A DNA stretch of 64,000 nucleotides. Source: a virus. Below the pieces are notes generated by a model that saw only the letters and a list, made by a program, of their open reading frames with translations, was not told the DNA's origin and did not search any database. The stretch is taken from IMG/VR virus record IMGVR_UViG_3300048592_000564, positions 8,345-72,344 of that record; one strand, given 5' to 3'. Positions 37,413 through 46,450 of this stretch are shown one piece after another (the stretch's first letter is position 1; every line of letters starts with the position of its first letter). Position numbers and translations under genes: made by a program.

Positions 37413-38115
37413 CGTGTTTTGCGACTCCGCCGACCTCACGATCATGCACGGAATCGTGGAGCAGTACCCCTATGTGCGAGGCTGGACCACCAACCCTTCG
37501 ATCTGCCGACGCTGTGGGGTCGTGGACTACAAGGGCTTTATCGTGGACGCGCTCACGAAGCTGCCACCGCTCCCCTTGTCCGTCGAGGTTGTGGCCGACG
37601 AGCCACGCGAGATTGATAAGCAGGCCCGCTACCTGGAACGCTTGGCTCGCTTGCACGGTCGGCGAGATACGCTGTATGTCAAGGTCCCAGCCGTGAACTC
37701 GCGCGGCATTTCGCTCGCGCCATTGATGCGAGAACTTGCCCAGGATGGCGTGCAGATCAACGCCACGGCGGTGCTGTCCTACGAGAGCGCCGAACTGGTT
37801 ACCGACGCCCTGTCGGGCGGTCCCGCCTCTTGGGTCTCGGTCTTTGTCGGGAGACTGGCCGACCGAGGCACTGAACCACTGGACGAAATGCCGCGATATG
37901 TGAAGCGGATCAACGAAGCGACCCGCACAATCTGGGCCAGTCCCCGAGAACCGCTAAACGTGCTTCAAGCGCAACGCCTCGGCTTCGACGCTATCACGGT
38001 GTTTCACGACTTCATCAAAAAGCTCCACCTGTTCGGCAAGGACTTGCGTGAGTTTGAGATTGAGACGAGCCGTATGTTCTTGCAGGATTCCATTTCGGCG
38101 GGGTACCAGATATGA
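37384..38115 (+). CDS. tal: Transaldolase (TalC/FSA-like)
   Basis: FCDSAD, GWTTNPS, YVKVP (Schiff-base Lys), INATAV, SVFVGRLAD, WASPRE. Confidence 0.88.
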   Translation: MNQALDITIDVFCDSADLTIMHGIVEQYPYVRGWTTNPSICRRCGVVDYKGFIVDALTKLPPLPLSVEVVADEPREIDKQARYLERLARLHGRRDTLYVKVPAVNSRGISLAPLMRELAQDGVQINATAVLSYESAELVTDALSGGPASWVSVFVGRLADRGTEPLDEMPRYVKRINEATRTIWASPREPLNVLQAQRLGFDAITVFHDFIKKLHLFGKDLREFEIETSRMFLQDSISAGYQI

Positions 38116-38332
38116 CAAACCGCCCCCTTCAATACGGCCGATGGAACATCCGATGCCGACTGACCGTTGACTGCCTGCGCCGAACCTACGACCGCGACCC
38201 CGGCTGGAGACTACTCAGCATCGGGATATTCCGGCTCGCGCCCATGATCCCCGTTGGCGATGATCCCCGTTACCACGTCGAGCGGGGCTTCTGGTGGGAA
38301 ATCGACATCTGGCTCCCGTGGAGGATTCGCTC

Positions 38333-38620
38333 GTGAAAATCGCCCTCGACTTCGACGACACCCTGACGGCCGACCCGAGGCTCTGGGCCGTGTTCGTAAA
38401 TGCCGCCCGCAGCCGCGGCCACGAGGTCTGGCTCGTGACCGCCCGACGGGACACCGAGGAGAACCGCCAGATCATCGAGGCATGGCTCGACCACTGGGGC
38501 CACAATCTCCCGGTCCTGTTTACCAATCTCGGCAGCAAACTCGCGGCCGTGGAGCGGCAGGGCATCAAGATCGACATCTGGATCGATGACGACCCCGCGA
38601 GCCTTGTAAACGGACGCTGA
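38333..38620 (+). CDS. Small HAD-like protein
   Basis: IALDFDDT, VTAR, K, WIDD. Confidence 0.7.
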   Translation: MKIALDFDDTLTADPRLWAVFVNAARSRGHEVWLVTARRDTEENRQIIEAWLDHWGHNLPVLFTNLGSKLAAVERQGIKIDIWIDDDPASLVNGR

Positions 38621-38621
38621 A

Positions 38622-39194
38622 ATGAAACTTGGCCTGCACGCATCAGCTTTCGACCCGATCCACCCAGGCTATCTGTACGCGTGGCATCAGGCCCTGGACG
38701 CCGGGGCGTGCGACGGCATCGTGGCCGCGATCCATGCAGACCCAAGTACCGAAAGGTCAGAGAAACGCCGCCCGGCCATGACGGTCAAGGAACGAATCGC
38801 GATCCTGGAGCAATTCCGCGTCGTCCAGACGGTCTGCGTCTACGTCGACGAACGGCAGTTGTACGAGATGATCAGGAGCACCCGTCCCGCGTGCCTGATC
38901 ATAGGCGAAGACCACGAGTTCGACCGCGTGACCGGCGCCGACCTCGCGCCAGTGTTTTGGGCCAAACGCAATCCCGAGTGGTCCGGTACCCAGATCGCGA
39001 GACGCATTGCCGCCAGTTTGCCCGACGTGGCCGCGAGCCTACGATTCACCGAAGGACTCGACCCCGAGGTCATGGCCCGCTATCCTGCCCAGGACCTCCT
39101 GAGCATCCACGCGATCTTCAAGTCCATCGGGGACGCGTTCGACCGCCACCTGGCCGACCGCGCGGCCCGTGGATGCGAGCCCGGCCAGATGTAA
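38622..39194 (+). CDS. Cytidylyltransferase-family nucleotidyltransferase (TagD/RfaE domain II-like)
   Basis: SAFDPIHPGY (variant HxGH), KRRPAMTVKER, IIGED. Confidence 0.75.
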   Translation: MKLGLHASAFDPIHPGYLYAWHQALDAGACDGIVAAIHADPSTERSEKRRPAMTVKERIAILEQFRVVQTVCVYVDERQLYEMIRSTRPACLIIGEDHEFDRVTGADLAPVFWAKRNPEWSGTQIARRIAASLPDVAASLRFTEGLDPEVMARYPAQDLLSIHAIFKSIGDAFDRHLADRAARGCEPGQM

Positions 39195-39421
39195 CGAAAG
39201 GACCGCGATGCCAACCGACCTTAAACTTGTGCAACGGCGTACTAACGCCATGCTGTGGTGTGTCCGATGCGGATACCTCGGCGGCGTATCCGTGACACTC
39301 AAGGGCGGGGCATGGATTCCCGCGGCGATCTGGCGATTCCTGGAACGAATCAGGACGGCGTTTAGTGACCAGTTTCGCGACGACATGATCTGGTGCCTAG
39401 AATCCTTTGAAAGGACCGCCG

Positions 39422-39712
39422 ATGCCAAGCCGCCGAGCCAAAGCGTACCGGGCCAAGGAAATCCGCCGTCTGATCCAGGAGTTCAAGGCCCAGGGGTGCC
39501 GGGTGTGCGGTGAGCAGGATCCGTGCTGCCTGACGGCCCATCATCTCGACCCGGCAAAGAAGAGGTTTAGCGTCTCACCCGCGGCCCTGATTCGTTCGAG
39601 AATTGGACTGCAGGCCATCCGGGCGGAACTCGCGGGATGCACGCCCCTCTGTGCAAATTGCCACCAAAAGCACAATCACGCCAAACTGGAGATTCCATGC
39701 ACGCAATCTTGA
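39422..39712 (+). CDS. Small HNH-like protein
   Basis: CRVCG...AHHLDP...CTPLCANCH. Confidence 0.7.
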   Translation: MPSRRAKAYRAKEIRRLIQEFKAQGCRVCGEQDPCCLTAHHLDPAKKRFSVSPAALIRSRIGLQAIRAELAGCTPLCANCHQKHNHAKLEIPCTQS

Positions 39713-40041
39713 CCGTTCCGTTCAGCCAGTCCCGCGGTCGAGTGGTCGACCAAGTGATCTATTCCAAATACGCCGAGGCCGCGATCGTGCGGTGGCAGGA
39801 CGGGGCCTATTCGTTCATCGGCTACAAGCCCGGATACGAGGCAGGCGACGGCGAGCTTCGGGACGAAGAATGGGACGACCGACAGTTCTCGGAACAGGAG
39901 ATTATGGCGGCCGGGATCGCGACCCAACAGGACCTTGACCAGCGGAAAGCCGAAATTGCGGCGCGGTTTGAAAGCAACCAACGAACCGCAAGGCTGCTTC
40001 AGTTTCAGCGGCTCAAGCAAGAGTTCGAACCGGGGGAATAG
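39697..40041 (+). CDS. Hypothetical protein
   Basis: GGAG RBS, acidic, helical C-terminus. Confidence 0.55.
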   Translation: MHAILTVPFSQSRGRVVDQVIYSKYAEAAIVRWQDGAYSFIGYKPGYEAGDGELRDEEWDDRQFSEQEIMAAGIATQQDLDQRKAEIAARFESNQRTARLLQFQRLKQEFEPGE

Positions 40042-40043
40042 CC

Positions 40044-40700
40044 ATGTCGATCCTGATCGGCCTCTTGACCTGCCATGCCCACCGGGAGCGGGACCTGCTC
40101 GTCGAGCAGACCTGGAAGCCCGTCGCGGAATCCTTGGGCATGCGGGTCGTGTTCCTGATCGGGGACGGCCCCAAGGTACCGCCGACGTGGCTCGACGGGG
40201 ACTATCTGCGGATCCCGTGCCCGGACGACTACCCACATTTGCCGCAGCGATCGGCTGGATTCTTCCGTTGGGCGCTCACGCAGCCCGACTGGGATGTGCT
40301 TGTCAAAGGAGACAACGATTCCCTGATCATTCCCGAGCGACTCGCGGCCGTCTCGATGGAGGACGTGGACTACCGTGGCGCCGAGTGGAAACCGGGGGTC
40401 AATTATGCGAGCGGCGGGGCAGGCTACATGCTTTCCCGCCACGCCACCCAGATCGCGGCCGAGAGACTGAAGGAGCGGGCGGGCGCCGAAGACCTCCTAA
40501 CTGGAAAGCACTTGCGACGGGCCGGGATCAAGTTCACGATCGACCAACGCTTCGACCCGTGGGGCCGCGACCCGCCGACACCCGAGAACGACAAGATCAC
40601 GACCCACAAGCTCGACCGGGAGCGGTGGCTGGCGTGCTGGGGGCAGTTTCAGCGGTCGAGTCCGCAGACCCGACAGAATGTGGACGAGCACCCAGAGTAA
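40044..40700 (+). CDS. GT31-like (beta-1,3-galactosyltransferase/fringe-like) glycosyltransferase
   Basis: DDYPHLPQR, KGDND, YASGGAGYMLSR, EDLLTG, THK. Confidence 0.75.
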   Translation: MSILIGLLTCHAHRERDLLVEQTWKPVAESLGMRVVFLIGDGPKVPPTWLDGDYLRIPCPDDYPHLPQRSAGFFRWALTQPDWDVLVKGDNDSLIIPERLAAVSMEDVDYRGAEWKPGVNYASGGAGYMLSRHATQIAAERLKERAGAEDLLTGKHLRRAGIKFTIDQRFDPWGRDPPTPENDKITTHKLDRERWLACWGQFQRSSPQTRQNVDEHPE

Positions 40701-42081
40701 TCCTTGGCCGTGACCTGTTCGGACGCCGGGTGCTCACAGAACCGCTGGATTGCGTCGATGTGAGCCGCTACCCGGCTCAGTTCGGACCGGACAAACAGCT
40801 GCGCCAGTCGAGCTTCGGCGATACACCGCTTGACGCCAGTCTGATCTACTGGGACCTTAAGCGATCCGACTATCGAATATCGTTTTTCGTCCATATTGCA
40901 CCTCACAGCATCCAGTCCGGCAACCGTCCCTCGGCACGTTCCGCCACGGGCTCGGGGGCCGCCCGCAACCTGACATTTACGACCCGGTATCGCCAGCACC
41001 GGTTATCTGAGTCGTACCAGGACTCGATCCTGTCACCGGGTGACCCAGCGTCCATATAAAGATTCGACAAATGAAGCTCGCCCCCGTTGGCCCGAATCGC
41101 CGCAACAAGGATGCGGAAAAACTCGTCACGCTCGCGGCGGAGAGACCACTGCTCTTGGCGATTGGCTTCCGCGAACTGGACCGCCAGTTTGTTCAACGCA
41201 TCAGCCACGGACGTGCTCCCATTGATCGTATTCCCAAGTGGTCCAGGTCCTGACGCACAGCCAGTGAAACGCCCCGCAGTAGTGGCCGATGAACGGTCGC
41301 CAGTTCCAGTCCGTGACGTTGATCGCCAGCTTGAACGAGATCCCGACGATCCGCTGTCCGTTGTATCTACCACGAGGCCATCGGATCTGCGGTATTCCCG
41401 CAAACCACCACCAAACCGCAATGGCCAACATCACCGCCACGGACACGCCAAGCCAAAACATCACGCACCTCCCTGCCCGTGAAACTCCTCAACCCTGACC
41501 ACCGCTTGAGACCGAGCGTGCGGGCAATCAGGATACCACCAGCAGACCCCATCGACGCGGCAAAGATACCACGACCGGCCGCTGGCCTCTCGATACCACG
41601 GAATCCAGCCAAGCAAGTAATCCATGAAGCTCATCGGAGTTGACCAGAAATCACTTGTGATCGGAAGTACATCGCGGCCCGCCCGTGCAGCCGACGAATC
41701 CAGCGCCGCAGCACAGGTTACGCTCCAGCTTCGACAACCGGCGTTCCAGGTCTCGTCGCGCCGCCCATTCCACGCGAGCGCGCATCCAGGCACAGAACCA
41801 CACGATTCCCAGCGACAGGAAGGCCCCAAGGGCAAATTGCAGATCCATATTGCACCTCATACCGGCGGCGGATTCTTTCGGTACCAGCGGACAATGTCGG
41901 CATGCCGGGGCGGCTTCTGGCCCGCATACGTTCCACCCGATGGATCGTCTGGAGAATCTTTGTCCGGCAGCCACGTTTCAATGTCCATCCAGCGACCGTT
42001 AATCCTCACGCGTGTGTGCTTGACCCGTCGGTTTCCAAACAGCGTTTCGTCGATGATCGCATTCAGTTCGTCGTCGCTCAT
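40649..42081 (-). other. Run of six small leftward hypothetical CDSs (40649-40894, 40903-41208, 41201-41464, 41461-41634, 41651-41848, 41857-42081)
   Basis: Closely spaced ORFs with GAGG/GGAG RBSs. Two have an N-terminal TM helix. Confidence 0.5.
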
Positions 42082-42089
42082 GGTTCACC

Positions 42090-42557
42090 TCAAAATGGGA
42101 GATCTGGTTCTAACTCACCCACCGGCGCCGCCCGCGGCGGTTCATCGTACTGGGCCGGCGGAGCACTCGGGGCCGCGCCGCCCTGCCGGTAGCCCTCTTC
42201 GGCCGGCGGCGGGCCGCTGTCCCGCTTGCTGCCCACGAACACCAGCTTGTCACCCGTGACCCGGAGCTTCGACCGCTTCTCGTTCGTGTTCCGGTCGTTC
42301 CAGGTGTCGAGTTTCAACCGCCCCTCGACCAGGATCTGCTGGCCCTTCGTGACATGCTCGCCGCACACCTCGGCGGTCTTTCCCCAGAACGTGATATCGA
42401 CGAACACAGCCTCATCGACCCACTCGCCGGCCGCGTTCTTTCGTTTCTCGTTGACCGCGAGCCCGAGTTCCACGACCGCCATCCCGCCCTGTGTATATTT
42501 CAGTTCGACCTCGCGAGTCACATTACCGACCAGCACGACCCTGTTATAACTTGCCAT
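42090..42557 (-). CDS. ssb: Single-stranded DNA-binding protein
   Basis: NRVVLVGNVTRE, EGRL..DTW, acidic DLPF tail. Confidence 0.95.
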   Translation of the reverse strand: MASYNRVVLVGNVTREVELKYTQGGMAVVELGLAVNEKRKNAAGEWVDEAVFVDITFWGKTAEVCGEHVTKGQQILVEGRLKLDTWNDRNTNEKRSKLRVTGDKLVFVGSKRDSGPPPAEEGYRQGGAAPSAPPAQYDEPPRAAPVGELEPDLPF

Positions 42558-42568
42558 CCCGCACCTCC

Positions 42569-42793
42569 TCAGAAAATCCTCACCACCCGCCCCAGCGCCA
42601 CCCTGGGCTGGGCGTCAATCCAATCCTGCCACAACTCCGGGTCAGCCGCCCTCATCTTCTGGAGCGCGAGACGTTCGAGGTACTGGACCTGTTGCCTCGC
42701 ATCCGTGGGCAGCACCCCACGGGCATGCAGCACCCGGGCCGCTTCGTCTTGGCTCATCAGGCACCCGTGAAATGGTTTGCGTCCTTGCGTCAT
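42569..42793 (-). CDS. Small sigma70 region-4-like HTH protein
   Basis: MSQDEAARVL...RQQVQYLERLALQKMR. Confidence 0.5.
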   Translation of the reverse strand: MTQGRKPFHGCLMSQDEAARVLHARGVLPTDARQQVQYLERLALQKMRAADPELWQDWIDAQPRVALGRVVRIF

Positions 42794-43825
42794 CAGTTTG
42801 GCCCGACCCACCAGCCGTCGGCCGGTTGCTCGATGGTTGTTCGACAAACCCCGCTCCGCAGCACCTCGAACGCATACCAGGATAGCCGCAGGCCCCCGCC
42901 GTCGGCCACAAACTCCATGCCGTCCAGGTCGCTGTCTCGCGCGATCTCCATCTCGTCCCCGGCCCGGCTCTTGATCCAGGCCAGGAGCCATTCGAGGTCG
43001 TCGGGGTCCGAGAGCTGGCCCAACATGGTGCGGTCCTTAACGGCCTGTCGGCTTGGCAAGTTCAGTAATTTTTTCCAGGACCGTGACCCGTGGAGCAAAA
43101 TGCGCTTTTCCGGACTCGTAAGCGCAAACCACGCTTATGATCACAAAAACAAAGGCCCCAAGGCCACCGCAGACATACCCAATGAACCACGGAGCATCAT
43201 CGTTCTTTTGTTGGCCTATCCAGCACCTGCGGGCCACGACGCCACACGCTATCGCGAGCACCAGCCACACGATGGCAGCGGCTAAATTCGACCAGACTTG
43301 CCACGCCAGCCACTCCTGGGCGACCAGCGGGGCCTGTTCGGCCACGAACCCGCCCGCCTGCCGGACCGCCCCATCGAGCGAACCGAGATATTCCAACAAC
43401 CGATCCTGTAGTTCCTTGTTCACGATCAACCCTCCTCGTACTCGCGACACAACACCACGGCGGCATCCCGAAGCTCTTTCGATCGTGCCTCGTGAAACGC
43501 CACGCAGCCGCCAAAGTCCCCAATCGCATCCGCCATCGTGGCCTGCGCAGAATGATAGTCCGCCAACGCGACCAAAACCTGTGGCAGCATCGGCAATATC
43601 GCGATTTCTTCCGGCCTGAACACTACGCCCGCCATCGGATCAACCCTCCACTCGCTGATCGGAAAACATGGCTCTCGATGCCTGGACCAGGATCGCGATC
43701 ATGCAGCACAGCACAGCCCGCGCCCCATCGCTCGAATGGCCGCCGTTCATCAGCTGATGAAAGCCGATCGCGATTGCAAGTACCGTTGCCAAATCGTGAC
43801 ACCGCAAGATTGCCCACATGATCAA
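42793..43825 (-). other. Four small hypothetical CDSs, two with TM helices (42793-43026, 43037-43423, 43426-43635, 43640-43825)
   Basis: Tightly packed, with GGAGG RBSs. Confidence 0.5.
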
Positions 43826-45408
43826 TTCTCCGCCCCAACAGGATAAACGACCCCCGCCCCGACGTCACCCCCGAACACCTCGGCCCGCAGGTCCCCGTCG
43901 CCGATCTGGCCGGTCCAGAGCCAGATCTTGTGAGCCCGGCACATGGCCGCGATCTCCTGCCGGGCACTGTCAAGCTGACCCTGCCATGCCTCCTGGGAGA
44001 ACGGGACGAACGAGCTCGGGGGCAGCTTTTCCGCGTACCAGCGGAAGACCGTCTGGTATCGCTCGCCCTCGCTGAGATCGTCGAACAACTCTAGGTGCCC
44101 GTCGAGCCCCCGGTCGGATTCCACGTAGAGCCGACCGTCCCGCCACGTCAAGCCCGCGAACCCGGCGGCCCGCAGGGCTTCCTCAAGCACCATGTCGGTG
44201 GACCGTGCGAGCGACCGCAGGGCCTTGCCCCGCGTTTCCGACGCGGTAGCGGCCTGTCTCGCGGCCTCGGCGTCCGCGTGGGTCTTTTGTCCTTCCCTGG
44301 CCCGCTGGCCCGCCAGGATCGCGGCGTGGGCCTGTTCTTTGGCGATCCGGGCTTGTTCGATCACTTCCAGCGACGGCCCGTCCACGACCCCGCCCTCCAC
44401 GGTGGCGCGCAGTTCCGCGACCGCGAAGTGCTGGGCCTTGGCGGTTTTCATCCTGGCCGACGCGTCCGCGCTGGCCTGGGTCGCGGTATCGATGCCCCGG
44501 ATTGCCTCCTCGCGTTTGCGGCGCAGTTCCGCGATCTGGAGGTCGATGGTCGCCACCTCCTGCTGGCCGACCGAACGACGAGCTTCTGCGGCATCGATCT
44601 CGGCCTTAATGGCCGCGACATCGGGCAGCGATGCCTGGACGCCAGCCAGTTTCTTGCGAGCCGCCTCGACGGCCTCCGCTTGTTCGCGAGCCTGCTTGGC
44701 CTCGGCTTCCACGCGGGAGAATTGGTGCAACGCCACCTCATAGGCTCGCTGGAGCATCTCGGGATCCTGGGGCACCGTGAGGTCCACGCCCGCGAGTTGC
44801 CCGGCCAGGGTCTCGGCCCGGCCGGTCTGGCGGACCGCCTCCTGCTCGGCCGCGAGCGCGAGTGCATGGACGCGCGCCCGCACGACCTCCGCGGACCCCA
44901 CGGGGTTCCGGGGATCAATGCCCGCAAGGATTTCCTCGACGCGTTCCGGCACCACGTCGGCCAAGTGGCATCCCCACTGCTCGCCCGTGACCTCGACCTG
45001 CCCGACCCGGACAAGCATTCGAAGCCGCAGCGAGTCCCGTTCGGTTTTTCCCTTGAGCTTGGGCTCGACCAGCACCGAGGGATCGCACTCGGGGTCGACC
45101 ATCTCCATCTCGAGTTCACCCGAGGCCGTGTTGCGACGCCCGATCCTGACCAGGATGCCGGGCGCCCGGATGGTCCCGTGGTCGCAACCGTCGCGGGGCA
45201 CGAGACTGGACCGCACCTCCGTGTTGTTCAGCGCCGCGACACACCGGACCGAAGTTGTTTTCCCAACCCCGTGACGCCCACGCCAGACCACCACCCCGCC
45301 CTGCTCGGGCAGTTCAGCCCGCGCGTAGGCGATCGCCTGCACGTTCTCGATCTCCAGGGCCGGCTTGCCGTTGCCCTGCTCAGGTTTCGTTTTCTTTGCC
45401 ACCGCCAT
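43822..45408 (-). CDS. SMC/SbcC-like coiled-coil ATPase
   Basis: Walker A GRHGVGKT, long coiled coil, LSEGER signature. Confidence 0.75.
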   Translation of the reverse strand: MAVAKKTKPEQGNGKPALEIENVQAIAYARAELPEQGGVVVWRGRHGVGKTTSVRCVAALNNTEVRSSLVPRDGCDHGTIRAPGILVRIGRRNTASGELEMEMVDPECDPSVLVEPKLKGKTERDSLRLRMLVRVGQVEVTGEQWGCHLADVVPERVEEILAGIDPRNPVGSAEVVRARVHALALAAEQEAVRQTGRAETLAGQLAGVDLTVPQDPEMLQRAYEVALHQFSRVEAEAKQAREQAEAVEAARKKLAGVQASLPDVAAIKAEIDAAEARRSVGQQEVATIDLQIAELRRKREEAIRGIDTATQASADASARMKTAKAQHFAVAELRATVEGGVVDGPSLEVIEQARIAKEQAHAAILAGQRAREGQKTHADAEAARQAATASETRGKALRSLARSTDMVLEEALRAAGFAGLTWRDGRLYVESDRGLDGHLELFDDLSEGERYQTVFRWYAEKLPPSSFVPFSQEAWQGQLDSARQEIAAMCRAHKIWLWTGQIGDGDLRAEVFGGDVGAGVVYPVGAEN

Positions 45409-45417
45409 GCTCCTTTG

Positions 45418-46161
45418 TTAAACCCTTCCCAATCCCGAAACCACTTCCCCGGCCCCCAGGCGACCGGCCAACTTCGTCAGCGCCGACCACTCGACCTGAC
45501 GCGCCCGCTCTTTCGAGATCCCGTGCCGGCGCCCCGCCTCCGCGAGGGTCTCGCGTTCCCGCCCGGCCCGCGCGAGCACGATGTCGCGTTCCCGATCGTC
45601 CAGATGCGCAAGTGCCTGCTGGATGTCCAGTGGCCCCGCGGGATCCTGCCCGGCGTCCTCGTAATAGTAGCCCGCGAGTTCTTCCAAATCCCGTTCATCC
45701 CGCAGGACCGTCTGGCGAGCCCGACGAGCCCGCTCTTTCTGGATCGCGTGCCAGAACTCCCGGCGAAGCGCGACCGTCAGGTATGTCGACAACGCGAACC
45801 CCCGGTGGGGATCGTATGAGTCCAAAGCGACCAAGAGTTTGAACGTGCCCAGTTCGACCAAATCATCGACCGTCAAGGGGTCCCGGAGGCACTTTTGCGC
45901 GACCCAACAGACCAGGCTCATATTGCTCTCCCACAGCACATTCCGGACCCGCTCGTAAGCCCGCTGGGCCTCCCGCTGCAGTTCATCGTAGCGCCGCCAC
46001 GACAACAGGTCCTGGGTCCGGCAGGCCGCAAGTTTCCAGAGCCGCAAGTACCGGACCCGGCTTCGAAGGTGCGCCATCTCGCGTGCCAGTTCGGTCTGCC
46101 GCTCCCTGGGAAGCGGCTCCGGCCACGCCCTGAATCCCGCCCCGTCCCGTTTTCGCTTCAT
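45418..46161 (-). CDS. Sigma-70 family RNA polymerase sigma factor
   Basis: SNMSLVCWVAQK, DDLVELG..L..A.DSYDPHRGFALSTY (region 2), TLAEAGRRHGISKERARQVE (region 4). Confidence 0.9.
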   Translation of the reverse strand: MKRKRDGAGFRAWPEPLPRERQTELAREMAHLRSRVRYLRLWKLAACRTQDLLSWRRYDELQREAQRAYERVRNVLWESNMSLVCWVAQKCLRDPLTVDDLVELGTFKLLVALDSYDPHRGFALSTYLTVALRREFWHAIQKERARRARQTVLRDERDLEELAGYYYEDAGQDPAGPLDIQQALAHLDDRERDIVLARAGRERETLAEAGRRHGISKERARQVEWSALTKLAGRLGAGEVVSGLGRV

Positions 46162-46231
46162 GCGATCCTCCCCCGGGGTCAATCCCGGTCGTAAACAAGA
46201 TGCCCGAACACCCACGAGACCAACAACCCAA

Positions 46232-46450
46232 TTAGCAATTTTGCGAACATCGCCGATCCCCCAGCGCCCAGTCGAACCACCGTTGACGATCCAGCGGCCG
46301 GGGCGACGGCCTCGCGACTCGCTCGACCGGAGCCCGGATGCCAAGCCGCGCCGCACATTCCGGCCCATACCCGGCCTGGACGCTCGCGGGACGGGTCAGC
46401 ACCCGACCGCAGCGTCCACACCGGATTTGGTTCGGTTTCGCCATCGTCAC
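46232..46450 (-). CDS. DUF6011-like Zn-binding protein
   Basis: CGRCGRVLT..SVQAGYGPEC. Confidence 0.75.
   Translation of the reverse strand: MTMAKPNQIRCGRCGRVLTRPASVQAGYGPECAARLGIRAPVERVARPSPRPLDRQRWFDWALGDRRCSQNC

Noticed and set aside
15819-40700. Host chromosomal LPS/capsule locus
   Set aside because: Sugar genes are interleaved with phage-type small ORFs and HNH genes, lack export and polymerase genes, and are flanked by phage modules on both sides.
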